DNA of 64,000 bases from positions 234,711 to 298,710 of the forward strand of contig NW_005434660.1 in the NCBI RefSeq assembly GCF_000315625.1, written 5' to 3'. The stretch is from Guillardia theta CCMP2712 (lineage: Eukaryota; Protista; Cryptophyta). A program made the translations under genes and the position numbers. The notes beneath the pieces were generated by a model that worked only from the letters and a program-made list of their open reading frames with translations, was not told where the DNA came from and searched no databases. Positions 21,227 through 32,028 of this stretch are shown here, in pieces. Each line of letters begins with the position of its first letter. The first letter of the stretch is position 1.

Positions 21227-23770
21227 CTAGTGGCTAAGTGACACAAACCTTCGGCACCTTTTTGCCGTTTTCAGATGGTTTTGCCTTAGAGGGGCCTGAA
21301 AATGAAGGGTGGGGGTAGTCCTACTACGGGTATTTTGAATAAATCAAAGATAGGGTGTTTACTTGCCATTGCTGGGTGGGGGTACTGGCCTTCCCGGGAA
21401 ATGGCGCGCCGCCATGCTCCATGAGGAGGGTCATTGGTGCACTTCATGAATCATGAGAACATATTTTTCTGCATCATATGAAAGTAAACTGTTGTAATAC
21501 TCATTCATGTTGCAGACTGTAAATGATTTCATGATATTTATGAGTTTCTGTTCAATTTTCACTGTATGTCATAACGCCAACATGCTGTTGTTAGCGATAA
21601 ATTCATCGATCTGTTGCGTACAAAATCACAGAGACAAAGGAAAATGTTCATTGAGTTATGTATCATACTATCTATCTTGATTCAACAACTTAATTGGAAA
21701 GAGTTTCTAATACAAATGTACAGAATATGATATGAGCGAAATTGTGTCTTTGTCATTAGGTCTTCTTTAAAACCCAACTGTCGCAGTGGAGGACGTTCAT
21801 TACTTGATTACAGGTTTGGAGAATGAGTATTCCATCCATCACTGGTCTTATCGTTCACGCTACTCTGGTCTCCCTCGAGTTAAAGACCTCAACATTTTTG
21901 GAATGCTCACTCCGCGAAATCATTTCCGTCGTAAAACCGTGGACGGAATCAAGAATCTACACAACTCCTCACATCCTCTTGCCTGCTGCGATATTGCAAT
22001 GGGTTCTCCTGATTCACCTGCATGTCTCTGAGTGATTGTCTTGCTTCTCAGTCGAGATAGGCCCCTTCCACGCTTGAAATTGTTTCAGTGCTTATCAACA
22101 TTTCGGTATGAGGTATCCCAATCACTTTCCTTACCATCTCCTTCATACCTACACTAAACCTTGTAACTCTTCACTTCCATCGTGCATCTTGATGATATTC
22201 ATCACATCCAAGTCCCTTTTCTTTCTCAGAGCAGCTTCTTTGCCATTAATTCACCTCCTCAACTGTGAAATTGAAGTTGATGCAGACAACCACTCCGCAT
22301 GGAATATGACATCTCCCACTGTTATCCGCACATCTTGAAGCTGTGAGCAATCTCATGTCAGTCTTTCAGCATGTCCTGCGTCTCGTGATCACATAAGGAT
22401 GACGAGATCTTGTGCTGTGGTGTCTTCAAATCATCTGTTCCGGCGTCAATCTTGTACTCACATGTTTCTCTCGTGCTGGTGCATAGCGATTCATACCGTG
22501 TCTGTTCACTTTGCAAATGAGTCTTTAGGCCTTTCTCCAACACTCAGCAGGATTATTTTCCCCTGCACGATGATTCTTAAACGTTCTAGGTGATGTTTTA
22601 CCCTGTTTGGAAGGAAAAAATGTGAAAAATATTTCTGAACGACACAATCGACGAACCATTTTTTCACAGTTTTCTCCAACGAAATGCTAGAAAAAGTGAC
22701 TAATGAAGACGAATAACATGCGATTACGAAGAACATTTCACGTGGAAACAGTTTGAGGCGCTACTTGCGTGAAACAGACATGAAACAGCCAGCTCCAACA
22801 TCCGTCTGATGAGTGGTGGCTTCGGATGAGTAGTAATGAAGCAACTGTCATCAGGGCCCATCAAGTACTCAAAACTCTATGCATGAACTATGCAAGATAC
22901 ATGTAAAGATGTGGAATTGTGACCATTCCTTAACCCAGAAGAGAACGACTTCGTAGACCATGTTCTTCCGCGTGCAATTTCTATCAGAATACCAAACTTG
23001 AAATACGGCACGAAGAAAATTATGGAAAAAAAACACAGACATGCGAAGATCCAGCTTGAATACGCTTTGTATTGTTAATGGATATGTTGGTCAATAGGGT
23101 TCACTACTGTTCAGCGATGTTTCCATGTCTCGAAGTGGATGTACCACGAAGAATTCTTCAGGCACACGTCATTCCAACGAAATTCATCCCAATATGTATT
23201 CGACGCATTGGCCTCGCAACTGAGGCAACTTTGGTGCTCATTTCGAATGCAACGGTTGCCTATCATGTATAGGAAGCAATCTATAATATTTCCAGCTTCA
23301 CGGAGATCATCACATGTGAATGCCACAACTTACAAACCTCAAAATTGTCGTATTCTGTAATTTTCGTCATTTCAGTGGAAATTGAGTTATTGAAATCAGC
23401 CGAAAGATTGAAAACTGATCTTGACTAGTCAGGATGGTCTTCTATCTGAACTATTACGAAAGAATCAAGCGAAATCGCGCACCGCGGACGCAACAGCAAC
23501 ACAGAATAATTGGATGGAAATTTCAACGATCATGAACAAAACATGCAATTTTGTTGGAAAGCCTTCACTTTGGAAGCTTGTAGAATCTCAACGGATGCAT
23601 GAAACAGAATGGCGTTTGCAGCCCCTGAAAGCGCTTGTCCTCTTCTATCCTTCCCTGCCATTTTTTCGTTGAGACCAGCGCACAAAGGGTGCTGTATGAG
23701 GGGCAAAAAGCCGTGGGTCGAATTCGGCCCACGTGGGCCGAATTCGACCCATGTGTCACTTAGCCACTAG
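21227..23770. mobile_element. Putative non-autonomous or decayed TIR DNA transposon (~2.5 kb)
   Basis: Perfect 19-bp inverted termini CTAGTGGCTAAGTGACACA (21227-21245) and TGTGTCACTTAGCCACTAG (23752-23770); AT-rich, stop-ridden interior; 38-bp palindrome abutting the right TIR. Confidence 0.75.
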
Positions 23771-23862
23771 AGTCGGTGATACCACCGGTGTTGGGTATAG
23801 ATGATTACCTTGAAATTCGGGGGCGGGGGTCTTATTAGTGCTGTACAGCGATGGTGTCCAAG

Positions 23863-24728
23863 ATGCTGGCAAGAGCGCTTGGCCGACGGGTGCTGACGAC
23901 GAGATCAGGAGGAGGACAAGGAGTTTTTGCAGCAGCATCAGCAGCATCAGCAGCATCAGCAGCATCAGCAGCATCAGCAGCATCAGCAGCATCAGCAGCA
24001 TCAGCAGCATCAGCAGCATCAGCAGCATCAGCAGCAGCTAGACGAGGGGGATCAAGGCCATTCTCTGCGGGAGGGAGTGATAGTGCCGGTACAGAAGCAG
24101 GGCAGAGAAAAGGAGTTCAGATCACCGTGGGAGACTCGCAAACCTACAGCAAGAAGTGCGACCCCTATGAGCAGGGAGGGAAGCCTTTGACCAAGGACGA
24201 GGCGGCGAAGCTGTTGAGCACGGTGTTGGTGGCGCAGAAGCTGGAGCACCTCAGTGTTGAAGATGTTACAGGTGCCCGAGTGGAGTCTATCGGAATGCTC
24301 TTCGTTCCTGGAGAGATCATGGGACTCGCAGGTTGATGAGTGATGAGATGATTGCTAGCTCGATCTCATTGCGCCTCAAAGAGCTTCCAATCCTCCATAG
24401 AATTTCTGCAACGCATCTCCACTGCCTCGCTCAACCGTGATCACCTCTTGCTACAAGCTTCTGAGCTGAGTTCGTTCGCAGAGGGTCATAGTCCGAAGAG
24501 TGTCAAGTACGAGAACATGAAGGGAATGCACAAAACCACTATCGTGCTTCATACCACGCGTCTCGGTGAGGATGGAGGCTGGGAAGTGAATCGAGATCTG
24601 ATGTCTACACAGGAGGGCTGAGCTATGCAGATGTGAGGAACTTGTTGTCATGACTTGTTCTCTCTCAGTCTGACATGTTGCAGTTCCTGCTGGCGTTGAA
24701 GATCGACCTGATGCCTTTCAGACCGTGA
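23863..24728 (+). CDS. Pterin-4-alpha-carbinolamine dehydratase-like protein, probably mitochondrial
   Basis: Presequence MLARALGRRVLTTR; KCDPYEQGGKPLTKDEAAKLL, EGHSP, IVLHTTRLG|GLS, FLLALKID; several short introns. Confidence 0.72.
23929..24037 (+). repeat. (GCAGCATCA)n 9-nt coding tandem repeat (Ala-Ala-Ser)
   Basis: About 11-12 perfect units inside the predicted targeting peptide. Confidence 0.95.
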
Positions 24729-24974
24729 GCGCGTCTTGGTACCTAGAGATGTGTACAGAAGGACGACGATGGGGTTTGCTAGAAGTTCTTTTATTCAAAG
24801 ATCGTGTAAATGGAAAAGTCGAAAGTTCTTGATATCTCTTCTTCCTACCATGTTAGCGTGTCAGAGGTGAGATTGCAACAATCGTCAGCGTTGTTCCATC
24901 ATCGACCAGACTTATAATCGAGATTCCTTGGCACACTGACGCATCTCCTTCTGTCCCCTTTCTCCTGCCCTTCC

Positions 24975-25023
24975 TCTCGTCTCGTCTCGTCTCGTCTCGT
25001 CTCGTCTCGTCTCATCTCATCTC
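24975..25023. repeat. (TCTCG)n pentanucleotide microsatellite
   Basis: Seen directly. Confidence 0.9.
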
Positions 25024-25152
25024 GGATTGCCCTCAAACACGCCGTCCTCTTCGCTTTCTCGCTCCGCACTACTATCATAATTCCAGCACATATTGTAGTA
25101 TATCGTCCTTGCAAAATCCCTTCAGGTCCTGTTGCGCCCCTCCCCCCCCGAC

Positions 25153-27900
25153 AATGGGGGCAACCCGGTACGACAGCCTGCTATGCGCGCTCGTACTGGC
25201 AGTCTGTTTGGGGGCAGGTAGGACTGAAGGGCAGGTAGGAGACGGTTGCCCCGCTGATTGTGAGGTCAGAGGCGAAGATGCAGCTTTCTGACAAGTGCGC
25301 CAAGGAGATATCAGCGGTGATGTCCAGAGAAGAGGTGAGTGGGGGTTCAACAGACTAGTCTCATCGTGATGCCGGGGATGATGCAGAAGGAGTTCAGACT
25401 GGTACCATCCTGTGAGGACGCTGGGGTAAACCTGGCTCGATTTCTCCGCCGGGCGACGTGGACGCAGGAGGAGTTGGAGTCTGTGCCGTCGGAGGATGCA
25501 GGGGATGGGGGAGAATGCAAGATGGAGGGACTGGCGTTCTTGATCATGATCGATGAAGTAGAGATGCTCGTGTGATCGCAAGTTGTGAGATGTTGCTGCA
25601 GAGACAAACACCGCAGTCAGTACAGCGGCTGGTCGATCGTCTGGTGCTGCCGAGAAACTTCATTATTATCCATGTCGATGGCAAGGTGACGACGATGGGA
25701 ACGTTGCTGTTACTGATGGACTTTGAGAAGAGCTCGGCGTCTTTTCATTCTGAGCTCTTGCGCCTTGAGAACGACAATGTCCATATCCTCCCTCGCTCTG
25801 CCTCGAGACCCGTTGCCTGGGGAGGTCCCAGCATGTTGCGAGTAAGGAAAATATGTAACAAAGAGATCATGTGAACATATGGAGCAGGTGGAGCTGGAAG
25901 GCATGAGATACCTTGTTGAGCATGGAGGATGGGATCATGTCTTGGTTCATCGTTGTGAGCTGCCGAAACACAGAGTATGACATTGTTGTCAAGGTCCTCA
26001 GTGGAACCGACTATCCTGTCAAGACTGTTGAGAACATGGCATCTGCCATGTCTTCAAGTATTGCAGAGCAGTCGGTCATGGATTGTTGATTTCATTCATC
26101 TTCAGTTGGAGCAAAGTCCTGTCTGGAGATCTTCCCACAGGAATTGATCCTGCTACCTGTAAAGTTGTGATTGTTCAGCAGGAAGAGCATGCAGTGATGG
26201 CTCGTGGGTTAGACCGCATGTTTGTGGAATGCGAGAACTACGTGCATGTTGTTGTGAGTGTTGTACAAACATGAGATTGTTTAGGCTGAACAGCATCTGC
26301 AGGGGAACAAGACTCGAGCCCTGCCGTTGAAGGTGAGATGTACGAACACAAAGTTGCTGTATAAACTGTTTCAAAGATGTGGGGAGGATCAGCGTGGGCC
26401 AGTCTACAGTAATGGCTCATCTCTGACATCAATGTCGTTGAGTGTCTCTGCCCTAGTCGTGAGTTTGTCGAGTTTGTTGTCGCATGTCTATTCCAGCAAA
26501 CGTCGAGAGACGCGGAATCGTTCTTTCAGACAGCTCAGCCTCTTGGAATTAACCTGGACAATGACTGCAAGTATGAGCCCAAACAATGCTCCGCCGTTGA
26601 GGGTGAACATTGAGTTTCAGGATCGTCGTCCATCTCTTGGAGTGGGTTGAGAACTCTCTTTCATCCGAAGAGATCTTCTTCCACACTGTACTTGCTGCGT
26701 CGTCCAGTTTCTGCAATCTCAACCAACCTCGCAGGTGCTGATGAACACCAGATTTTGTAACAGTCTGCATCCAGACTATATGAGATGGGTAAAGTGGCAG
26801 GCGGAAAGGTAAACAAACTTGACTCTCTAGAACGCTTTGACAAGACGTGCAGTCAGGGAGTACATTGCGACAAGGCGGATTGGTGAGTTATCAGTGTATG
26901 CTGCCTGTCAAGGAGAATGCCGACCCTTTGTCAACAAGGTGCGGAAAAAGTCCTCATGTCCTTCAGATGAGAGGTAAAACATCGATCCATCTGATGTCAC
27001 ATGAGGTCCTTTGAAGATGTTCGGAGCGCCCTTTCATCAACCTCCCTCTTCGCAAGGAAGTTCGACAAGGTTCGCATTGGGGGGACTAGTTTGTCACTTT
27101 GACTCATGGGGCAGAAGACACACTTGCTTCAAGACTTCGTTGATGATGCGCTTGCTGGTAAAAATGCTTTCAGCCGGTACCTGAACAAACTGCACTTTTC
27201 CCTCGACCAATCTCAATGGTTTCTGCAGGAGGCTCAGAGTTTTATCAGCCACCGCGGGGAGTGAGGGGAATGTGATGAATATGGCATGCTTTCAGACATA
27301 GATAATGATCACTGCTCCTGCAGAGCTCTGTCCTCGTCATGTTCGATGGGTGTGAGTTCTCTAGTTTCGAGTTGCAATCAGCCCAGCAACCTGTAATCGT
27401 TGAAGTATATCATCTTCATCTTTCGGGAGGAAGGCTTCTTGTGACCTTGAAGCAGATTATGTTGGTGGAGGCAAGCTACGTTTGTTCCTTGACCATCACT
27501 TCCGATCGCAAGCTTACTGGTGTTGAATTTTCACTTTTCTCTCAAAACATTCAGAGTGGGTGAGTATTCCAAGACTGGGTGTAACAGATCGTAACATTTT
27601 GATAGGGATTTAATTCGAGCATACGGGAACAAGAAGAAAAATGACAGCACGGCGAGGTCTGTTCAATCATCCTTTGATCCCTCAGGAACACCTTCCTGTT
27701 TTTCGTCTCTTTGTTTCCGGCCTTTCATCTCACTTTTTCGTCCAGAGTTGCGAGGAATTGGAAAATCACAACAGTGAAACTTCAAAATTCTACTCGAGCT
27801 CGTCGCTTTCTCGCTAAGTTCTCGAATTTCCATCAGAACATCGTCATCTTCGAGCTCCAGCTCAACGGTCTCTACCCTTTTCTTCCATCTTTTCTTGTCT
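25153..27900 (+). CDS. GT14 (core-2/I-branching, xylosyltransferase-like) glycosyltransferase, many exons; 3' end uncertain
   Basis: Signal peptide; LAFLIMI, IIIHVDGK, VAWGGPSML, LSGTDYPVKT, GGSAW, FFHTVL, LFARKFD. Confidence 0.82.
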
Positions 27901-27926
27901 TACATCTGGCCAGCATGCCCAGCAGC

Positions 27927-29706
27927 TCAAGGGTTTACACCTGCCAGTCTCACGAGATACCCTGAGACTGAGGATGACAGTCCGGTGTCAAGATGACAAT
28001 TTCCTTCCAACAATCTCAGGCGGGGATCAGCTGGGGAAAAAATGCCAAACCTTCTCCGTGACCGGGCGATGGCCTTTGTGCCGGGGCCTCCAGTGTTCGC
28101 TTCCTTCCGTTTGCGACTGAGAAGAAGAATGAATGAGGGGAGGAAGAGGAGGAGCAAGAGGAGGAGGCGGGGGCAGACCGAGGGCATTTTTCTGAAGACG
28201 AAAGTCTTGTACAGGTAAATGACCTGCGAGAGAGTAAGGAGAGCGAGATGGAGCTCATGAAAGTCTCGCACCTCCCATTGGTCCTCGGAGATTGTATTTC
28301 GCCTGTCGAGGACTTTCATTCGCTTGAGGAGGTCTATGTTTTGCTGTTGAAGTCAATCCGAGGCGAGCAGACAGCAGCTGATGTCTCACTGCTTTCTTGG
28401 ATGATTTCGTTGTCGCTCGCTCAAAGAAATCGTGCAGGTTGATATGCTCCACGAGCTCAAGACCGACTTCCATAGCGATCTTTCGGAAGGTAGGGAAATG
28501 TACAAGACACTGCAAATGGGACAACCTCAAACTTGATCGCGGCGGCATGTTTCAAGGGATACCTCTTCACAATCATCGACAGCATCTTTCAGGTAGAAAC
28601 GATATCTGATACCAAACGGCGAATGATCGCTGAATGTTTTATCAAAATCTGCTGCAGCAACTCCTTTCTTCGGCAGGAACTCGACAGAGTACAAGCTAAC
28701 AATCAAGTTTCACATCAAATGAAATCTCATCATGTGAACTCTGTCTGTACCTGTTCCCAAAATTAAGACCTGGGGCGTCTTGCAATTTCTTGACCAATAC
28801 GTTTGCGTCAGTCGTTGTTCCAACAAACAGACCCCCGGGTTTTAACCTCCTTCATTCGCCGTCAGAGAATCATGCCCCAGTGGCTGTCAAGTTCGCACCT
28901 CGCAGCATTCTTCAATGCCGTCCTTGCATCTTGTTCTGACGTCCATGAGTAATGGATAGCAAACTGAGCCATCAAGTCATCTCGCAATCGATCGATGGGA
29001 GACGACTCGATGGATGGGGAGATTCCTCTTACCATCTGGCAGCATGCGAGAAACCAGAAGACAAGGAAGGAGAGCATAGCAGAGGAGCGAGGAGGGAGGA
29101 GCAGAGACATGAAACTGAGAGTGGAGAAGGGCGGGAGAGTACCTGACAGCTCACGGCATCAAACCTCACACCCTTCTCCACTTTCTCCAGCTCTTGGAAG
29201 AAATTGGACTTGCAGAAATTCCCAGCGCACCAGATAGCAGGGAAGTTGCATCCTGCTCTGTTCTGCTGGCCATTGTACCTCTGAATAGCATCTGTGATGC
29301 TCTTGTATGCAATGTCAACCCCTACATAGTGCCCTATCTCCTGTTTTGCCCACTTTGGGAGGTCCCCTCCTTTCCCACAAGCAAGGTCAAGGATGCTGTA
29401 CATGGGGCGAACAGCAGAAGCGATCAGCATGGCCTTCACCCAGTTGTTGAAGTTCTTCTGCTGTAGGGTGTCCGAGTCGCTATCCAGCCTACGGTGCGTG
29501 TCCTCCCTGTTGTTATAATGGGCGGCAGCGCTCAATTGAATGTTGTCGTTGTATCCCCCCTTCCTTGCCCCGGGCGGGGCAGAGGAGGAGGAGGAGTGGT
29601 TGGAGGAGGAGGAGGAGAAGCCAAGACCACTCCTTCCCTTGCTCTTCCTCTCCATCGCTGAAGTAGCGATCGCCTCCTGCTCCTCCTCGTCAAACCCCCG
29701 CTTCAT
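27927..29706 (-). CDS. RNMT: mRNA cap guanine-N7 methyltransferase; 3' end approximate
   Basis: KNFNNWVKAMLI, ILDLACGKGGDLPKW, YVGVDIA, FDAVSCQ|FAIHYSW, LKPGGLFVGTT, YLVHFPTF, LYKTFVFRK. Confidence 0.92.
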
Positions 29707-29843
29707 TGTTACAAACCCGACAGAGCGTTACGTCCGTTAAAAAGGCTCCCCTAGCCCGCCTCAATGGGGCGCTTATCAGAAATGAATTTTCAGTCAATAA
29801 AGAGAAATGAAGGAACCACGGCGTAGAGTCGCTTCAGGGCATC

Positions 29844-31881
29844 CATGGGGGCCCTGAAGTTCGGCGGCTCTGTCGGCCACATGGCGGGGACGAGAAGGTC
29901 AGGCAAGCACTTGATGTCGCTCCTCCTCCTTTGCCTGTGGTGAGCAAGAGAACTCTCTTGAGAGTGCTGCTGACCTGTTTGCGTCAAGTTTTTGGATCAG
30001 GGGAGTGGACAACGCGGACGGGAGGGCTGTGTCTGAAGATGGTACTTCTTGTCTTCATCTCTTCGCACAGACATGTTCACGCTAAATTCAGAGAGGATCG
30101 AGCACTCCAAGAGACTTCAGCTCATGTGGCCAAGTTGGATCTACCATAGCCAACTCGGAAGCTCAACGCTCGACTATGCGCACGAGGACGCTACGTCCTT
30201 CCACGAGCAGCTGTCGCTGGCTGTCGACGAGCTCAGCTTGCTTGTGACGAGGGAAGCGCATGCTGACTCTCGACCGGCTCTGTGCTCCGTCGGAGGTTTG
30301 CATGCTGAAAACGTCGTGCTGCCCAACGAGACCCTCCAGGAGGTGCTTAGCACTGCCCTGCACTTTCACATCGAGCGAAGCATCTCGAGCGTCTGGCTCC
30401 ACCCGCTGCTGAGCAGCAAGAAGACGAAACGAGCAGCAGCTCATCTCGTGCTGGACTCCACCTGGGCGTCTGTGGTGCGAGGAAACGGAAGGGACTTCCT
30501 GCATTCCTGCAGCAGCTCTAGGGTGCAGCAGTCGAGGTCGCACTTCCAAGGGATCGTGGTGCTCGAAGACGCAGGGAACTGCACGCAGGAGGAGGAAAAA
30601 CTTTTGATCTTCGAAGATCCTCGGGGGAGGAGGATGTTGGAACTGCCGGACATGTTCCAGTTCGGGACAGAGCTCAGAACTTGCCTGAGGAAGGGCGACG
30701 TGTGGATCACTTCAGTCGGCGTCCCCGTCACGATCCTGCCCCATAGCAAGATTAAGTCGCCGAGGTTGCTCATGTTCGCCTTCAACCGGCACTTCAGGGA
30801 GGAGAGAGAGCTGGTGGACTTCTTGAGTGGGCAGGGGGGAGGGGGAGGTGATGACGAGGACTTGGACCAATTCCTTGGAACCCTCTCCTCCGACTCCTCC
30901 GGCAGGACAGGCAAGTGGCACCTGTGGGGAGGAGTGCAGGGAGGTGTGGAGACGAGCAGAGGGAAGTATGAAGTGCGAACAGCAAGGAGCATGCTGGTCC
31001 GAGATGTTCTTGTGCGATGGCCCACGCCGATCTACAAGATGAAGGATGCCAAGTTCATGGAGGAAGTCGGGAGGAGGATGATGGAGAGGAAAGGGGATGG
31101 ATCTGTGTTTGAGAGTGAGCCGGGGAGGTACGTTCTCACCTCCAGCGACGATGTGTTTGTCACCCGAACGTCAAGCAGGAACCAGCTCGACCTGATTGCT
31201 CAGTGTGGAGATGAGGAGAGTCGCTGCTTTCCCCTGGTGCAGGCTCTGCAAGAGAAGATCGTGCAACACGCTCAAAACATGCTGACTGCAATGGGTGAGA
31301 TGTTTCGACTTGTGGAAACAACCTCGTTGTCCTCACCTTGTCTCCCACTAGAACATCATCCTTTCATCACCACGTACAGCAAGCAGCCTCCGCGACGTGC
31401 GACGTGCAGGATCATCGTGACGGACATGTGGGTCGAGCATCATGAGCAGGGAGACACGAGCATGCTGAGGAGGCGTCGACGGGGCTCTGCGGGCATGGAG
31501 AAGCACTTGCAGGGGATCATCTACCTCTCCACAGGAGCCAACGAGACCTGTCCTTCCTCCCTGCCCGAGGAGGTGAGGAGAGGAGGGTCGACGGAGCAGC
31601 GGTGATGCCTTGCTGGCAGGTCAGGCGAGCGAGGCAGCTGCAGGAGGGAGATGGAGTCCAGCTAGAGGACCCTCGTCCTCTCAGCCATGTTCGCCGCGTG
31701 CCTTGTGAGGAGGGTGTGGAGCTCATGAGCATGGCAGGGAGGCGAAGCTGTGCTGGGTCTTGTCCCCGGAGAGGCTCTTTTCCTCCTTTGGCCCTCGTGC
31801 GTCAACGATTTTCATCTCTCCCAACGTCACGCCAGCCCCCGCGTCCTCATCCGATTCAGCCTGCACGTCAAGAGCGTGTGA
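29844..31881 (+). CDS. Protein with two tandem degenerate 2OG-Fe(II)-oxygenase-like (PF13759-type) domains; start uncertain
   Basis: Two copies of W....G....H.QGI..L....EDPR....G....RL..F; the second domain begins WPTPIYK and ends SPRVLIRFSLHVKSV*. Confidence 0.6.
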
Positions 31882-32028
31882 CGGCGGTTTTGATCAGCTC
31901 GTTGGCAGCTCGAAAATTCATGTGTTTACGTAGGTATGTTGTCAATGTCAAGAGTGTGAAGGTTGCGGCCTGTCGTCCCCCCTTTCAGAAGAGCCGCGAT
32001 CGAGGGCCCCAGTCCGACTGAACAAGCG

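Noticed and set aside
21786-23672. Short ORFs inside the TIR element as a transposase
   Set aside because: Fragmentary, and I could not recognise a DDE or other catalytic motif
23756-24190. PolyQ/H and poly-LLM ORFs
   Set aside because: Alternate frames of the 9-nt repeat; the AAS frame is the one continuous with the PCD-like protein
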